From NCBI GenBank assembly GCA_951804945.1, contig OX638149.1, positions 118,420,001 to 118,484,000 of the forward strand: a stretch of 64,000 nt of DNA, read 5' to 3'. Position 1 is the first letter of the stretch, and each line of letters opens with the position of its first letter. Both the position numbers and the translations under genes were made by a program. Positions 48,076-60,177 of the stretch are shown in pieces. The notes beneath the pieces were generated by a model. That model saw nothing but the letters and a program-made list of their open reading frames with translations. It was not told the DNA's origin and searched no databases. The DNA is from Podarcis cretensis. Taxonomy: Eukaryota.

Positions 48076-51000
48076 GGCCCTTGGTTAGAAGTAGTGAAGC
48101 TGGAAGGGGCCTTCCAACCTATCTTCCTTTGGGAGGCAGGAGCAACAACAACAAATGACTGCGGGACTTCCGCGTTTAAGGCTGAATCTCCACCTCACCC
48201 ACCCCAAGCAGATCCCCTTTGTTGGCTATTTGGACCGTACCGTCAATGGACCGGAAAGGAAGGACACAATTCCTCAGAGAGTGCCTTACTCTTTAGCCAT
48301 TTGAGGCAGGTATATTTTTACTTAAGAAAACTTTGTGACCGGCTCTATAACGGAGACCCGACGTTGTTTTGGGAGACGCCTTTTTAAAAAATCGTCCCCA
48401 AGTCGTCCGCAGCAGCCATTTGTCACCAGACCGGTCTCATTTAAACGCGGTGCGTTTAAAAACGGAATACGAGGGTCACCCTTAAGAAGTGCCAGAAATA
48501 GATTCGCAAGGAATACCGGGCTGGCTTTGTCCCCTGTCCGCGGAGGCCCTGATTCTGCGCTGCTGGAATCGACCGAGCCGTCGAGGACGCAGACGCTCTC
48601 CAGCTTCGTGGCTGTGGCCGGTGGCCTGCGAATGATGGCCCCTTCCTGACCGAGGAATTTGGAGCGCAGGAGAGCCCTATCTAGAGGCTGACTGAACATT
48701 TGGGGGAAATAATTAAAATCTGGAACAATTCGAACTTTTCGCTTCAGGCACCAAAACAGGCATCAAAATAGTGTAAGACCGGTTACAGACAGCAGTTCGG
48801 CCTCCAAGATGCATTTCTGAACTGCGTAAGGATCTCACCCTGCGATATTCTGAATTTCAAACTTTTAGCGCATTCAGCTTCTATCCAATCTTTTGGAAAG
48901 CGAGAGAGAGCATTGGTTCTTACTCGTCCTGTTGCTGTTCGCTTGCTTGTCTGATTGTTTTAATTTTTTATTTAAAAAAAAAAAACACCTGGAAGATTTA
49001 ATTCCTTATTTTGTATTATCTTATTGGTCCAAGTTCTCTTGGATTTTCCCTTGGAGATCACAGGCGCGGCTCTTTCCTCTCTGCTTTGATGGAGAGGCAC
49101 CCCCAGCCTAAGAGCACCCCCGCCAGAGAGCAGCAAAACAAAACAAAATCCCTCGGCTTTGAAATAAATCTTTAAATCATTAATCCCCACATGATGCTGC
49201 AGACCACACCAGACCACACAGGCACCGCCGGAGGATATTGCTCACCACTCACATTTAATTTTTATTGTTTGACTTATGTCTACCAATTGAGTTTCTCTTA
49301 TTAACTTGGGGGTTTTGGCTTTCTCCAGCAGGTCTCATCCAACCGGGAACAGAGCTCAGAAGTTTCTGGCAAAAAAATTACTCTAAAAGACAACTTGTTA
49401 CTGTTCTGCTACTTAAGAAAATGTGCGTTTGTTTGTGTGTGTCTCTCTCTGTGTGTGTATTTTAGTTCCTCTCTCTCTAATGCTAGGTAGATAGAGCAAC
49501 AGATAACCCTCTGGTGCAAAGAGGGGGTGCAATCAATCACAGAAATTTATTTTAAACGGCAGAACAGATATAACATATAATGCCCTCAGTTTTTCATATA
49601 CACAAATGACTGCACACTTAAAACTATGGCTATGCAGCGCGGCTCTTTCAGTATGTTCTTGAAAATAAATCCCACTTTATTCGTTTTTTTAAAAAAATTG
49701 TTTATGCGTTATTGCAACTTGTATATACATAATACAATACCCATCCTTTATCCCTTAACCTCGGACTTCCCAGTCTATCTCTCCATGGCATTCTAGGTAC
49801 AGTAAACCTTTGTCGGCAGCATATTGTATTATTCCACCCATTTCCGTCTCAAATCTTCCTTTATTTAGTATTATCTGCTGCTCATATGTTCATTCCTACT
49901 TGTAGGTTAAGTTTACTATTGTGCCCTCTAAGATATTCTCCAAAACGCTTCCACTCATCCCTTATCCGTGACTAAATCCCACTTTATTCCATCGGAACTT
50001 ACGCCAAAGCCATTACTGCCTTGCGCTTCTGCCGCCTTCACATCGGAGAAGCCTGGAGCGGAGAGGGCTCGCTGTCCAAGACAGGATGAGTCCCTGAAAC
50101 CCCTCGAAGATATTGCCACAATAGCAAGTGGTCCGTGTTACTTAACTATGAAACTTCAGGAATTGATAGTGCAAGCCTATACGTGTTTTCTCAGTAGCAA
50201 CCCCTCACGGTTTTCAAGAAGTGTGTAGGGTTACAGCCTTAATGGACAGCAATTCTCCCCCCCCCCCCTCGTTACGCTTACAGAAATGGAAAATTTCCAC
50301 CTATGCCTTAAATACACAGGTACAAAAAGGCGCACTCACCTCTGCCTTACATACTCTATCAACGTCCTATGCCATCCTCTATCCTTGCTCAAAACAAAGG
50401 AGGCCAAATCGATGGAATGGTGAAGTTCCACGCAGGTCTACTGAGAAGTAATACCCATTGAGTTCCATAGTAGGGGCGCAAAGGGGTGCAGCCTTAATTC
50501 TTCTATCTAAACTATGTGTGTTATATTTTGGTACCGAACTGACCAAATTTTGCTTCCTTTGACTCCCATGAATAACCGCGGGAGTTATTCGTGGGAATCC
50601 TAGGACGATGGTCGGAAGGCACGCGAGAGGCACTCAGTTTGCTGAGTAGGTCTGGTCTATGCCCAGCTGGGAAACCTCCTGGCAACCTCCCGTCTTCCTG
50701 TTTGGGCTCACGGCGGAAGGTCGGTGGGCTATAGAACGGCATGGAAATTAGCCAATGGACTGAGTGATAAAATGGGAGAGCCGAGAAAGCCCTTAGCAGT
50801 GCTGAAGTCCCGAATAAGTGTGCGTAAGGCTGTCACCACTAAGCCTTTCCCATTGAAATCAATTGAGATGTTTGACTTTGGGTGCGTCGTATCGGTGGCC
50901 TCTAGACTGGAAATGCCGATGAGAAAATACTGATGAACTCCTAATTAAAACAAGTTAATTACACTCTCGAGAAATCTCCAAGCAAGAGAGACTATTACCA

Positions 51001-51543
51001 TACACTCACAGTGTAATGTTGAACGAATTCAGAGGTAGTAATGGTTCAGTCCCAGGAGAGACGTGTGTTTATTAGATAGATAGAGCCGCTCTATCAGAAG
51101 GGAAACAGAAAGGGCTGGGTGTTAAGATGCGGTGAAATGATGTCACTATTAAGAGGTCCCATAGCATTACCCTCAAAATGTGGATCATTCTAGCAGAAAG
51201 GACAATGCAAATAGAAATAATAAAACCTTATACTTGAATATATACCGGTACAGCAGTGAGGACGCAGCTAAAAGATAAGTATCAAACCATTTCCAGTGTA
51301 GTAGGACAATGCAGTCCTACTCCTGTCTCCTCAGAAAAAAGTCCCATGGAAAGGGTGTATAAGATTGCAGTCTTCCTTCTACTTTGCTTTTTTAGTTCCC
51401 GAGTTCAGTGAACTAGCGATCAAACTGAGCCAAAGGGGTGGGTGAAGGAGGTTCTTTATCCCCCCCCCTTTTTGTACACACACACACACACACGAACATT
51501 CATGGAAGAGGAAAGGACAGAGGGTGAAGAAAGAGCTGTAGTT

Positions 51544-51679
51544 CAGGCATGGCCAAACTTGGCCCTCCAGATGTTTTGGGACTACAACTCCCATCATGCC
51601 TAGCTAACAGGACCAGTGGTCAGGGATTATGGGAATTGTAGTCCCAAAACATCTGGAGGGTCATGTTTGGCCATGCCTG
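51544..51679. mobile_element. hAT (Charlie-like) palindromic MITE, 136 bp
   Basis: TIRs CAGGCATGGCCAAAC / GTTTGGCCATGCCTG. Inner inverted arms CCCTCCAGATGTTTTGGGACTACAA / TTGTAGTCCCAAAACATCTGGAGGG. 8-bp TSD CTGTAGTT / CTGTAGTA (7/8). Confidence 0.9.
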
Positions 51680-52019
51680 CTGTAGTAGAGGGGGGCCCTT
51701 TCCCCATCCTTTGGACCTCTTCCCTCTGGGAAAGTCAAGAAACCTGCTGCACCTGGAACTGGGTGTGGAGAGTACAGATGAATGGGACACGTCTATGGGC
51801 AGATTGAGGGTGCCCCATCAACTCTGGGGGTGCCCATAAATACCAAGTAAGATGGCAGCGTGGTGTCTGCAGTCTCCAGGAACGCTTCTCGTGAGACTTT
51901 TGTGGGTGAGCTAAGAGTTTGTTTGGACCCTGGGTGAGAACCCGCCAGCTGAGAGGGAGGATGTGTCAGAAGGAAAATGAATTGATATTAATGTGCATGT
52001 ATTAGTATTATTAAGCTAA

Positions 52020-52145
52020 CGTTTTTATATGTAGCTGTGCATTTTTGTAATATTTTGTGGCCTGTTGTCTGTTGTTGCTTCAGTTTTTTTGTACACCGCT
52101 TAGATGTATTTTTAATATATTTAGCAGTATAGAAATTAAATAATC
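52020..52145 (+). mobile_element. Decayed L2-like 3' tail
   Basis: T/G-rich run ending in tgtacaccgcttaga...tagcagtatagaaattaaataa, a decayed terminal stem-loop plus AT tail. Confidence 0.4.
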
Positions 52146-52826
52146 AAAGCCCAATAAAAATTCCCCTCCCCAGTGCACATACCAATGAACTACCTAGTCC
52201 GCTGCCAGAAAGAAAATGACTCACTCTTCAAACTATTTTTATAGGTCTGAAAAATCACAACCCTTAAGGAATCAGTAAACTCTTAGCTAACCAATTCAGG
52301 CATAATATGTGAAGGAAATATAGGCTGATCCAAGGACTTGGGTGAAATAACACTATTAGTGAAATGTTAACTATAGTTGTAAGCAAACCGTAAAACCTAC
52401 GCCCGCAGATAGCAAAATTAGGCTGACACTCTCGGGAAAAACAGCATGCATCAGAGTAAAGCTATTTTATTTCCTAACCTGGTCAGGATCATGGCCCGGC
52501 CATATTCCTGACCATATTCGGAAGTAATTCTCAATGAATCAAATGGGCCAATTACAGAGCCTCAGTTATCTAAGCTGAGGCTTCAGAATGAAGAATCTCA
52601 TTATTGGGCCGTTTGGAGTGTTTATTTTAATATTACAGTTTAAAATGTGTTGGCTATCCAGGAAACCAAGCGCGAACATTCCACAGGAATCCATCTTTCC
52701 CCCTTTTCCCGCTTTCATTTTACGGGCATATCCTTTCAATTACGACATGAAAGTTGTGTTCATACATTGCGTGGAGTGTTGCGAATAGAGTTTCTCCTCA
52801 GCTCCCCGGGCTATGCTGCACTTCGT

Positions 52827-52840
52827 CCAGCAGATGGCAG
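52827..52840 (+). promoter_or_regulatory. CTCF motif between Hoxd12 and Hoxd13
   Basis: CCAGCAGATGGCAG, a full core match, preceded by CTGCA resembling the upstream U motif. Confidence 0.75.
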
Positions 52841-54895
52841 TATTGTTCTACACATTGAACTGTCTCGCTACGCCGCTGCAGGAAACCAGCGACCAACCCC
52901 ACGCAGCCGCAATGGCGGTCTTTGTGTAATTTGCCCTACAAAACATGGTCCACGATTCCCGATTACAAGCAAACGACCGTGCATTTTCGGACGGCTCCCA
53001 CCCTCCCTCCCCGCCGCCTCCGCTTAGGCGCTAGCTGCCCACACACTTAACACAAAAGACGTTACTCCAGATAGTTAAGACTTCAGCCAATTTTTAAGGA
53101 ACTGGAAAGGAGGTCAAGAGCTGCTAGATTTGGCGGCCCTGGATAATCCCGAATTGGACTTGAGCGCTGCAGTCCACGCTTAAACTCGCGAGCAGACCTA
53201 TTCAAGTCAATGGCATTTCTCTGGAGTAAAGCACGCTGTGTGTCTCTTTGCAGCCGAAGCACAGTGCTCGGAGAGAGGCCTTAATTCTGTACAGTACTTT
53301 ACTAGCTTTCGTGTGGGGGTGGGGAATAGAGATTATATATATATATGATTTAACCCGTTAGCGTCCCCCGCCTCCAGCTCTCTCCCGCCAGCCTTTCTTA
53401 TTAAATTTGGCATTTGGTACACTTTCGGTTCCTTTATGAGCAAAGAGGGTGCGGGTAGCCCTTTGGACGCTGTTGATTCAGCAGCCAGTTCAAAGTTCAT
53501 TCCCCAGGGTTCCCTCCGCGTTTGCGCAGCACACTGCCCACAGTTGCTCTGGACTGAGTCGTCCCGGGGCTTCCTGCGCTGTGATTCTGAGACGAGGGCA
53601 ACCTTATACATATCCACTCAGAAGCCAGCCACGCCGAAATGAACGGCACTCATTAATTCCTGAAAGGGGGGGGGGCGCGTTTTGCAGCCTAAAGTGATTT
53701 TAGGACCCCAGCTACGGCTTGCATTTACAGTAGCGCATGGCACGAGTAGAGAGCGAATCACTTTAGCACCCCAAAAGTTGTTTGAAAGTCAGTTTGACCA
53801 TTGACCTCAATGGAGCTTCTTCCCACAGAATTGCAACTCAATTCTGGATGTTAAAGAGGTGAGTTAGCGCAGTACGAAAACAGGTCTGGATTTATTTCAG
53901 TGACAATAAGGGTTAACACTATCTTTTGCATAAGAGGGGATTTCAAAACTCAGCACGCCGAGCAGTGATTTCATTTGCTTACGAGTATTTGTGTGTGTGT
54001 GTGTGAAAATATTGTTCACCCTCCAAAGGAGGAGATACCAGAAATTTAAAAAAAACAACACTATTATATTATTTACTTCCACTACGAATACCTAAGCCTT
54101 CTCAGACTAACCTCCACCAACTGCTGCTACATAATATGGACAGTATCCAGTCAAAGTAAGAACGTCCGGATCATATGCTACGGAGAGTTGGACGCGTCTT
54201 AAGGACCACAGTGGAGCAGTTGCTGCGTTACAATTTAAGGTGCATCGGCCTAATCTAATTTTCTATTGCAACTTTTGTTACGTAAGTTCATATACAATGT
54301 AATATAGCACAACACATATTTATTCCATCAGTTTAATCTTTTGCAGCAACTTATTTCAGGAGTATGTTTACCTGTCTGCATTAACATTAAAAAAAAACCA
54401 AAAACATTTGTTCATGCCTTGGAAAACTTTTCATCCGCTCTAGTTGAGTGTGCTATTATTTTGTGGGGGATTTAAATCGAGAGAGGTGTCAGAATCTAGG
54501 GAGGAAAGGAAAAGATGACAATAGAAAGATGCTCTTCCTCTCTTCTCTTCTCTTCTCTTCTCTTCTCTTCTTTTTTAAAGAAGAAGCTATTTGCGTCCAG
54601 CGCCAAACCGCAGACCCCAAGGAAAGGCGTCCAAAACGCGGCGCGGCGAAGGAAGTGGGGCAGCGCACACGTTGAAGATTTCCAAAGACCCAAATCTTTG
54701 TAGTGAACTGAAATACACGGACACGGCCCTTGAAATATAATACTTGCATTTCAAGTGTTCGACATATGTGCTTGGACTCATCTATTACTTCAGCATAAAC
54801 CGAAGGATAAGACATATTACACTGGCATGGCTTTAGATACTTAAAAACAGAACAAAACCCCAACATCACACACGCTCACTGTTTGAAAACAGACC

Positions 54896-54951
54896 CTTTT
54901 CTTTTCTTTTCTTTTCTTTTCTTTTCTTTTCTTTTCTTTTCTTTTCTTTTC
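54896..54951. repeat. (CTTTT)n microsatellite
   Basis: Read directly from the sequence. Confidence 0.9.
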
Positions 54952-56734
54952 AGGCCCTTTCTGACAAATACACACACACACACACGTCGTTTTCTTTCCC
55001 TCTGGGCATCGAAAATAAATAAATTCGTTTATTCGGGGTAGTGTAGGAAGAACATGTCTATCAGCTTGTGAGATCAAGTCTTTTAACCAAGTAAAAACGA
55101 AAGTTAGCCGTAGAGCAAGAGTTTGAGAGCAGGATGGGAAACGATTTTGAAACGCAAGGGCCAAAGTTCAATACTTCCTTTTCCCCTTCCCGCCCACTGG
55201 ATTCAATGATCCTTTATCATTAAATGAGTTCAGGGGCTTCTGCTCCAGAGGGCTGTGTAGCCTTAAGTCCCTTGAAGTGCATTCAAGAAAGAGATCACTC
55301 TCTCCCTGCCCCTGGCGCTTTCCTCAACTACACTATCAGCCCGTGAGATCTGCATGTATTCCAAAAGCAAAGCAGAGCCAAACACGAGGTCTCAGTTTAA
55401 CCAAGTAGTTAAGTATGGGAGCAGCAGGAAGGAGTGCGGGTCGCAGGGCTTTCGTTTCCTACCCGAACCTAAAGAAAGGAGACCGACAACAGGGAGTCGG
55501 ATTCAGATTCACTCCACAGCAAACTTTCCGCCTCTAACCAGGCGGGCGCCAAACGAGTTTCCCTTTTTGAGGTTTTGCGCAAATCTGCTGCGACGCAACA
55601 ACCCACCTGGAAAAAGAGATACTTCGCCATTGTATCTCCTCCGCGGCGCCTGGAATTTTTGCTCGATTATGTGCACTCTCTTGTTGCAACCGGGAGAGGA
55701 AATAAACACCAAACTCTTGGGACTACTTAAGGCACTAGGACTCTTTTTTAAAAAAAAAACATAACCTATTTTTTGTCATTTATTGCTTCTTTCACTAACA
55801 CCCGTTTCATTTACTGTAGTTAACAAAAGCTACCAAACCCCAGCTCCCACTCTTCTGAGCAGAAGCCTGTCCGTTCCCAGGAAGGGTTAAAAGCGAATGC
55901 TTTTTTGTGATTGTGGAGGAGGAAACAAAACAGAAGAGTTAACAGAACGTCCCGATATTTATATAAAAATACGCATCGATTTATACACACCTTTATACAA
56001 ACTAAACATGTTAGGCACAGTCGGTTTAAAAACCCCGGAACTCCAGGCCACTGTACTAAGTTGAGAATTCAGCCCAGCGCGTGAGGTGCCCTAGCTCTTA
56101 GTACGACAATAATAGAAAAGAGCTTACGTGTTAAGCCTCGCTTGCAGACTGCGTGCAACAGCGAGCAACCCAACATCACCACTTCCACTTCACACACGCC
56201 TACACACACGCACCCCTCAAAAAATTGCAGGCAGGATCCGGCCAAAATTTAAAGCACTTAAAAAACCACGTTTGGTTCCAATAATCCAGCATACATGGCA
56301 GCAAACCGACACGAGACTTAGTGGAACTAACTTTACCGTGCGCAAAGTAGGTTTCCTTTCGGTCGGATCTTGCCTTTCACTACTGCAGGAAATCAGACTC
56401 CATTGACTGTACATAAAGCAACCGATTATTTCCCCCCACTACCCGCAGAAAATGTGTGGGAGGTGGGCTACCTAATCACAATGCATTTTGGGTTTGGTTT
56501 CAAAAAGATTATTTATAAACCTAAGAACCGCCCCATTCTAAACAGATGGACTTGGGACGAATTTCGAACTCGTTTCTACAGTGTATACTCCCCTAAATGA
56601 ACTTTGCTTAAGCCTGGAACGGTAGGTCTTCAAAACTGGGACCCCCTGACTCCGGTTTAAGCTCAGTGGGGATCGGTTTCGAGGAGGCGGAAGGAAAAAT
56701 GCAGTCCTCTTTTTTAGAAAGCAATTTCACATTA

Positions 56735-56787
56735 AGGTCAGAGGTCAGTGGCGACCCTCGACTTCATTTACCTTGGCGTTGACGTCA
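56735..56787. promoter_or_regulatory. Perfect DR1 plus CRE in the Hoxd13 3' region
   Basis: AGGTCA-g-AGGTCA at 56735-56747 and TGACGTCA at 56780-56787. Confidence 0.45.
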
Positions 56788-57271
56788 TCATCACAACTCC
56801 CTTGCACATAATTATTGTCTTCTGGTCCATTATGAAAATTCGGGAGATTGATGATAAGGATAGACTATATATATATAGATAGATTATACATATCTATCTA
56901 TAATCACACCTTTTAGCACTTAGCATATTCTTAAGGCTAGTTTAGCGGTTTTTCAGGAAGGCCTCGTGGGAGGGGGAAGGGAACAGAACCTACCAAAATA
57001 CAATGAAGGAGAATGACCTTTTTTTTAAGGGGGGGGAGAGGAAATTTAACACTTGCAAGTAAATCCGAAAAAGAAATTGCGAACCTTTTTCCTATAAGTA
57101 CTTCAACAAGGTTCCTCCCTTCCCCCGGGGGGAAATATTAAATATATTTCAAGTCTTTCCAAAAGTCTTTTTGAGCCGATAGTGGATGGTTTGCAATTAA
57201 TATATATTTATATATATATTTATAGATAGAGATAGATCCCCCCCCAAAAAAAACACCGATTTGGGCCCGGA

Positions 57272-57550
<279 letters not shown>

Positions 57551-58242
57551 TTAAAATAAAAAACCATTTATTTATTTTTAATTTTTACCATTACAGTACC
57601 TTAACTTAATAGCCGACAACTCTCTTTGGAGACAATGCAACACAAGAGCTGGTTTGCAGCTATTTCAGTGAAGATTTCTTATTTGGTTTACTCTAACTCC
57701 TCAAGTGCATATGGTTCGAAAGGGAAAGGGCACACTTGCGCTCTCAAGCAAGGAAACAAGCAAGCGCACACAGGTTCCTAAGTTGCAACTTCGACATATC
57801 TTCCTTGCTTAATTTGCATGTGGCTGGCGATGGGTGACACGGGATACTCGGCGCCCCCCGCGGCTTGAGGGCTCTGGGGCAAGTTTGCAGCAGCCAACAA
57901 TAGTAAAACGATCACGGCCAGCCTCGGAGAGGCCCGTCTTCATTAAGGCCAGAAGTCGTCCCCGTCCCCCGCCCTCCCTCATTATCCTCAACTCATTTCC
58001 TCTCCGGCTTTCAGTCCCTCGGATTACTTTCCAGCGGATCTGATTTTATTTTAAAGTTGAAGGCTGCAAGAAGCCCGCGAGGGACTTTCTGAGAGAGTAA
58101 CGTAAAGGGTGAGGGGCGGCTTTACTTCCGAGAAAATACGCCTCGGATCAGGCGGCAGGGCTGAGATCCTCACCCAGTCTGCTCAGAAATAAATGGCGAG
58201 TATTTTAGTGGAACTCGTTCCGATGCTTTTTCTGGAAGTTAA

Positions 58243-58248
58243 AACACA

Positions 58249-58290
<42 letters not shown>
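58243..58290. repeat. (CA)n microsatellite in the Hoxd13 intron
   Basis: Read directly from the sequence. Confidence 0.9.
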
Positions 58291-58291
<1 letters not shown>

Positions 58292-59009
58292 AATGCAAGC
58301 CTAGGGGACCTTCCTGGATTTGGGTTTTCGGTTTGGGGTGTTTGGGGGAAGGAAATGCTTTCACCCCGACATATTGCCGTGTGGCTTTTGTAAGGGCAGT
58401 GTCTACATAATGACAATGATTGCACTAATAGTACAATCTTACCCAGAAGTAAATCGCATTGAGCTCAATGGGTCTGCTATTCTCCCTGGAAAGTGGGTAG
58501 GAGAATTGCAGACCAAGTCCCATAGATTTCATAGGACCCTGGGGAGGGTGTACAAATAAAAGCCGGCCGTCGAACAGGCTTACTGGGAAGCTAATGCCCA
58601 CTGAGTTCAACAGAACTCTCTACAGCCTAAGACTAAGTTACTGGGTCGGAAGTTCTTTTGAAAGTCAAGGCGATTACAGGCTAGGCGTGCCGGAGACCCC
58701 TGCAGCCCAGGAGCAAAGACGTGAGAACATGGAGAGCGCAGACCCTTAAGGGATCCGCTCCACGGCTTTCTGTGGGGCTTCCTTGAGGGTCTCTGGGAGC
58801 TGCAAAAGAGAGCAGGCCGTTCTCTGGCTCCTGGTAGGTCTAGCGCGTAGCTAACCAGCTGGAGGAACTTCCCCCTCCTCTCCTCCTTCCCCTCCCCTCC
58901 CTGTGGTTTTAGGTGGGCAGCTACTTCTCCCAGATGTCAGCTTCCTGTCCGGTTGACCTTCTCCTCCTCCTGCTGCTGCTGCTGCGATCACCACCTGGCC
59001 GTGCCGTAC

Positions 59010-59742
59010 CTGGGAAGGAGGACTTCCAAAAGTGGGAGCCCTGGGCCTGGTCTTTGGCGCAGTACACCTGGCCGTTCCACCCGTTGGCCAAAGTCCACGA
59101 CTGGTAGCCCTCCATGGAGATGTACGTCTCGTGCCTGGGCTCGCCGCCCGCCGCCGAGCCGAAGGTGGAGACCACGTCCAGGTAGCCGGCGGGCACGTGC
59201 TGGTAAGGGCCGGCGGCGGCGGCTGCAGCGGCGTAGCCCTGATAGAAAGAGACCTCCTTGGCTCGCGAGGAGACGTCGCTGCCCGACGGGACGCTGGTGC
59301 TGGCCAGGCCGGCCACGTCCATGTACTTCTCCACGGGGAAGGCGGCGTGCGGGGAGGCTTTGAGCGCGGCGTTCTGCTGCAGGCAGCTGTAGTAGCCGTT
59401 GCCGAAGGGGTGGTAGCCCGGGTGGTAGCCCAGCGCGGCGGCCGCGGCAGCCGCGGCCGTGGCCGTCGGGGGCCCGCCGCTGGAGCAGTCTTTGGAAGGG
59501 GCCGCCTCGGACGACGACGACGACGAGCGCGCCCCGGCCGACGAGCCCGAGCGCTCGTAGGGGAAGCCCGAGGAGGAGGCGGGACCCGCGGCTCGACCCG
59601 ACGGCGGCGGCGCCGCTCCGAAGACCGGCGGCGATAGGAAATTGCGGCACTGCCCCCGGCCGCTGCTGCTCCCGCCGCTCCCGCCGCCGCCGGCGTCTGC
59701 CCGCAGCGCCTCCATCTCCCAGCCGCTGCCTGCGCGGCTCAT
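59010..59742 (-). CDS. HOXD13: Hoxd13 exon 1
   Basis: [16 protein letters not shown]...GQCRNFLS...FGNGYYSC...FPVEKYMD...[11 protein letters not shown]...[23 protein letters not shown]...[11 protein letters not shown] at 59742 (second in-frame ATG at 59715), donor G|GTACGG at 59010/59009. Spliced CDS 984 nt (327 aa). Confidence 0.94.
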
Positions 59743-59879
59743 GCTGCCTGCGCCAAAGAGCCTCGCTGAAGGCGGGCGCGCCGCCGATGCTGCTGCTGCT
59801 GCTGCTGCTCCTTCTCCTCTTCCTGGCCTCCCTCCTCCTCGCCTCGGCCCAGCGGCGGCGGAGGCCCCCAGCAGCTCAT
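59739..59879 (-). other. Hoxd13 upstream ORF (46 codons) with stop overlapping the main ATG
   Basis: gcgcgccATG at 59879 encodes [46 protein letters not shown]. The TGA at 59741-59739 shares ATGA with the start at 59742. Confidence 0.6.
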
Positions 59880-59967
59880 GGCGCGCCAAGCCACCGGGGC
59901 CGGGGCGACTGGTGCCTAGGACGGAGCGCTGGACGGGGCGGCCTCGCTCGCCCCCAGCTCGGGATGG

Positions 59968-60067
59968 TTTATAAAAACTAAGGCCACGCTGGGAGGGGGG
60001 ACGCGGCGCCTGGCTTCGCAGGGAGGGCCAGCAGGGAGCCCCCATTGGCTCCTCACGCCCACGTGAT
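59968..60067 (-). promoter_or_regulatory. Hoxd13 promoter: TATA, CTCF-like site, CCAAT, GC box, E-box
   Basis: TATAAA (minus, 59973-59968), CCAGCAGGGAGCCC (plus, 60028-60041), CCATTGG 60042-60048 and CGCCCACGTG 60056-60065. Confidence 0.6.
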
Positions 60068-60111
60068 GGTAACCCGGCCACCGGGAAACTGAGCCTGCCA
60101 GAGAGGGGGGG

Positions 60112-60113
<2 letters not shown>

Positions 60114-60173
<60 letters not shown>
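60114..60173. repeat. (GA)~30 tract upstream of the Hoxd13 promoter
   Basis: Read directly from the sequence. Confidence 0.95.
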
Positions 60174-60177
<4 letters not shown>

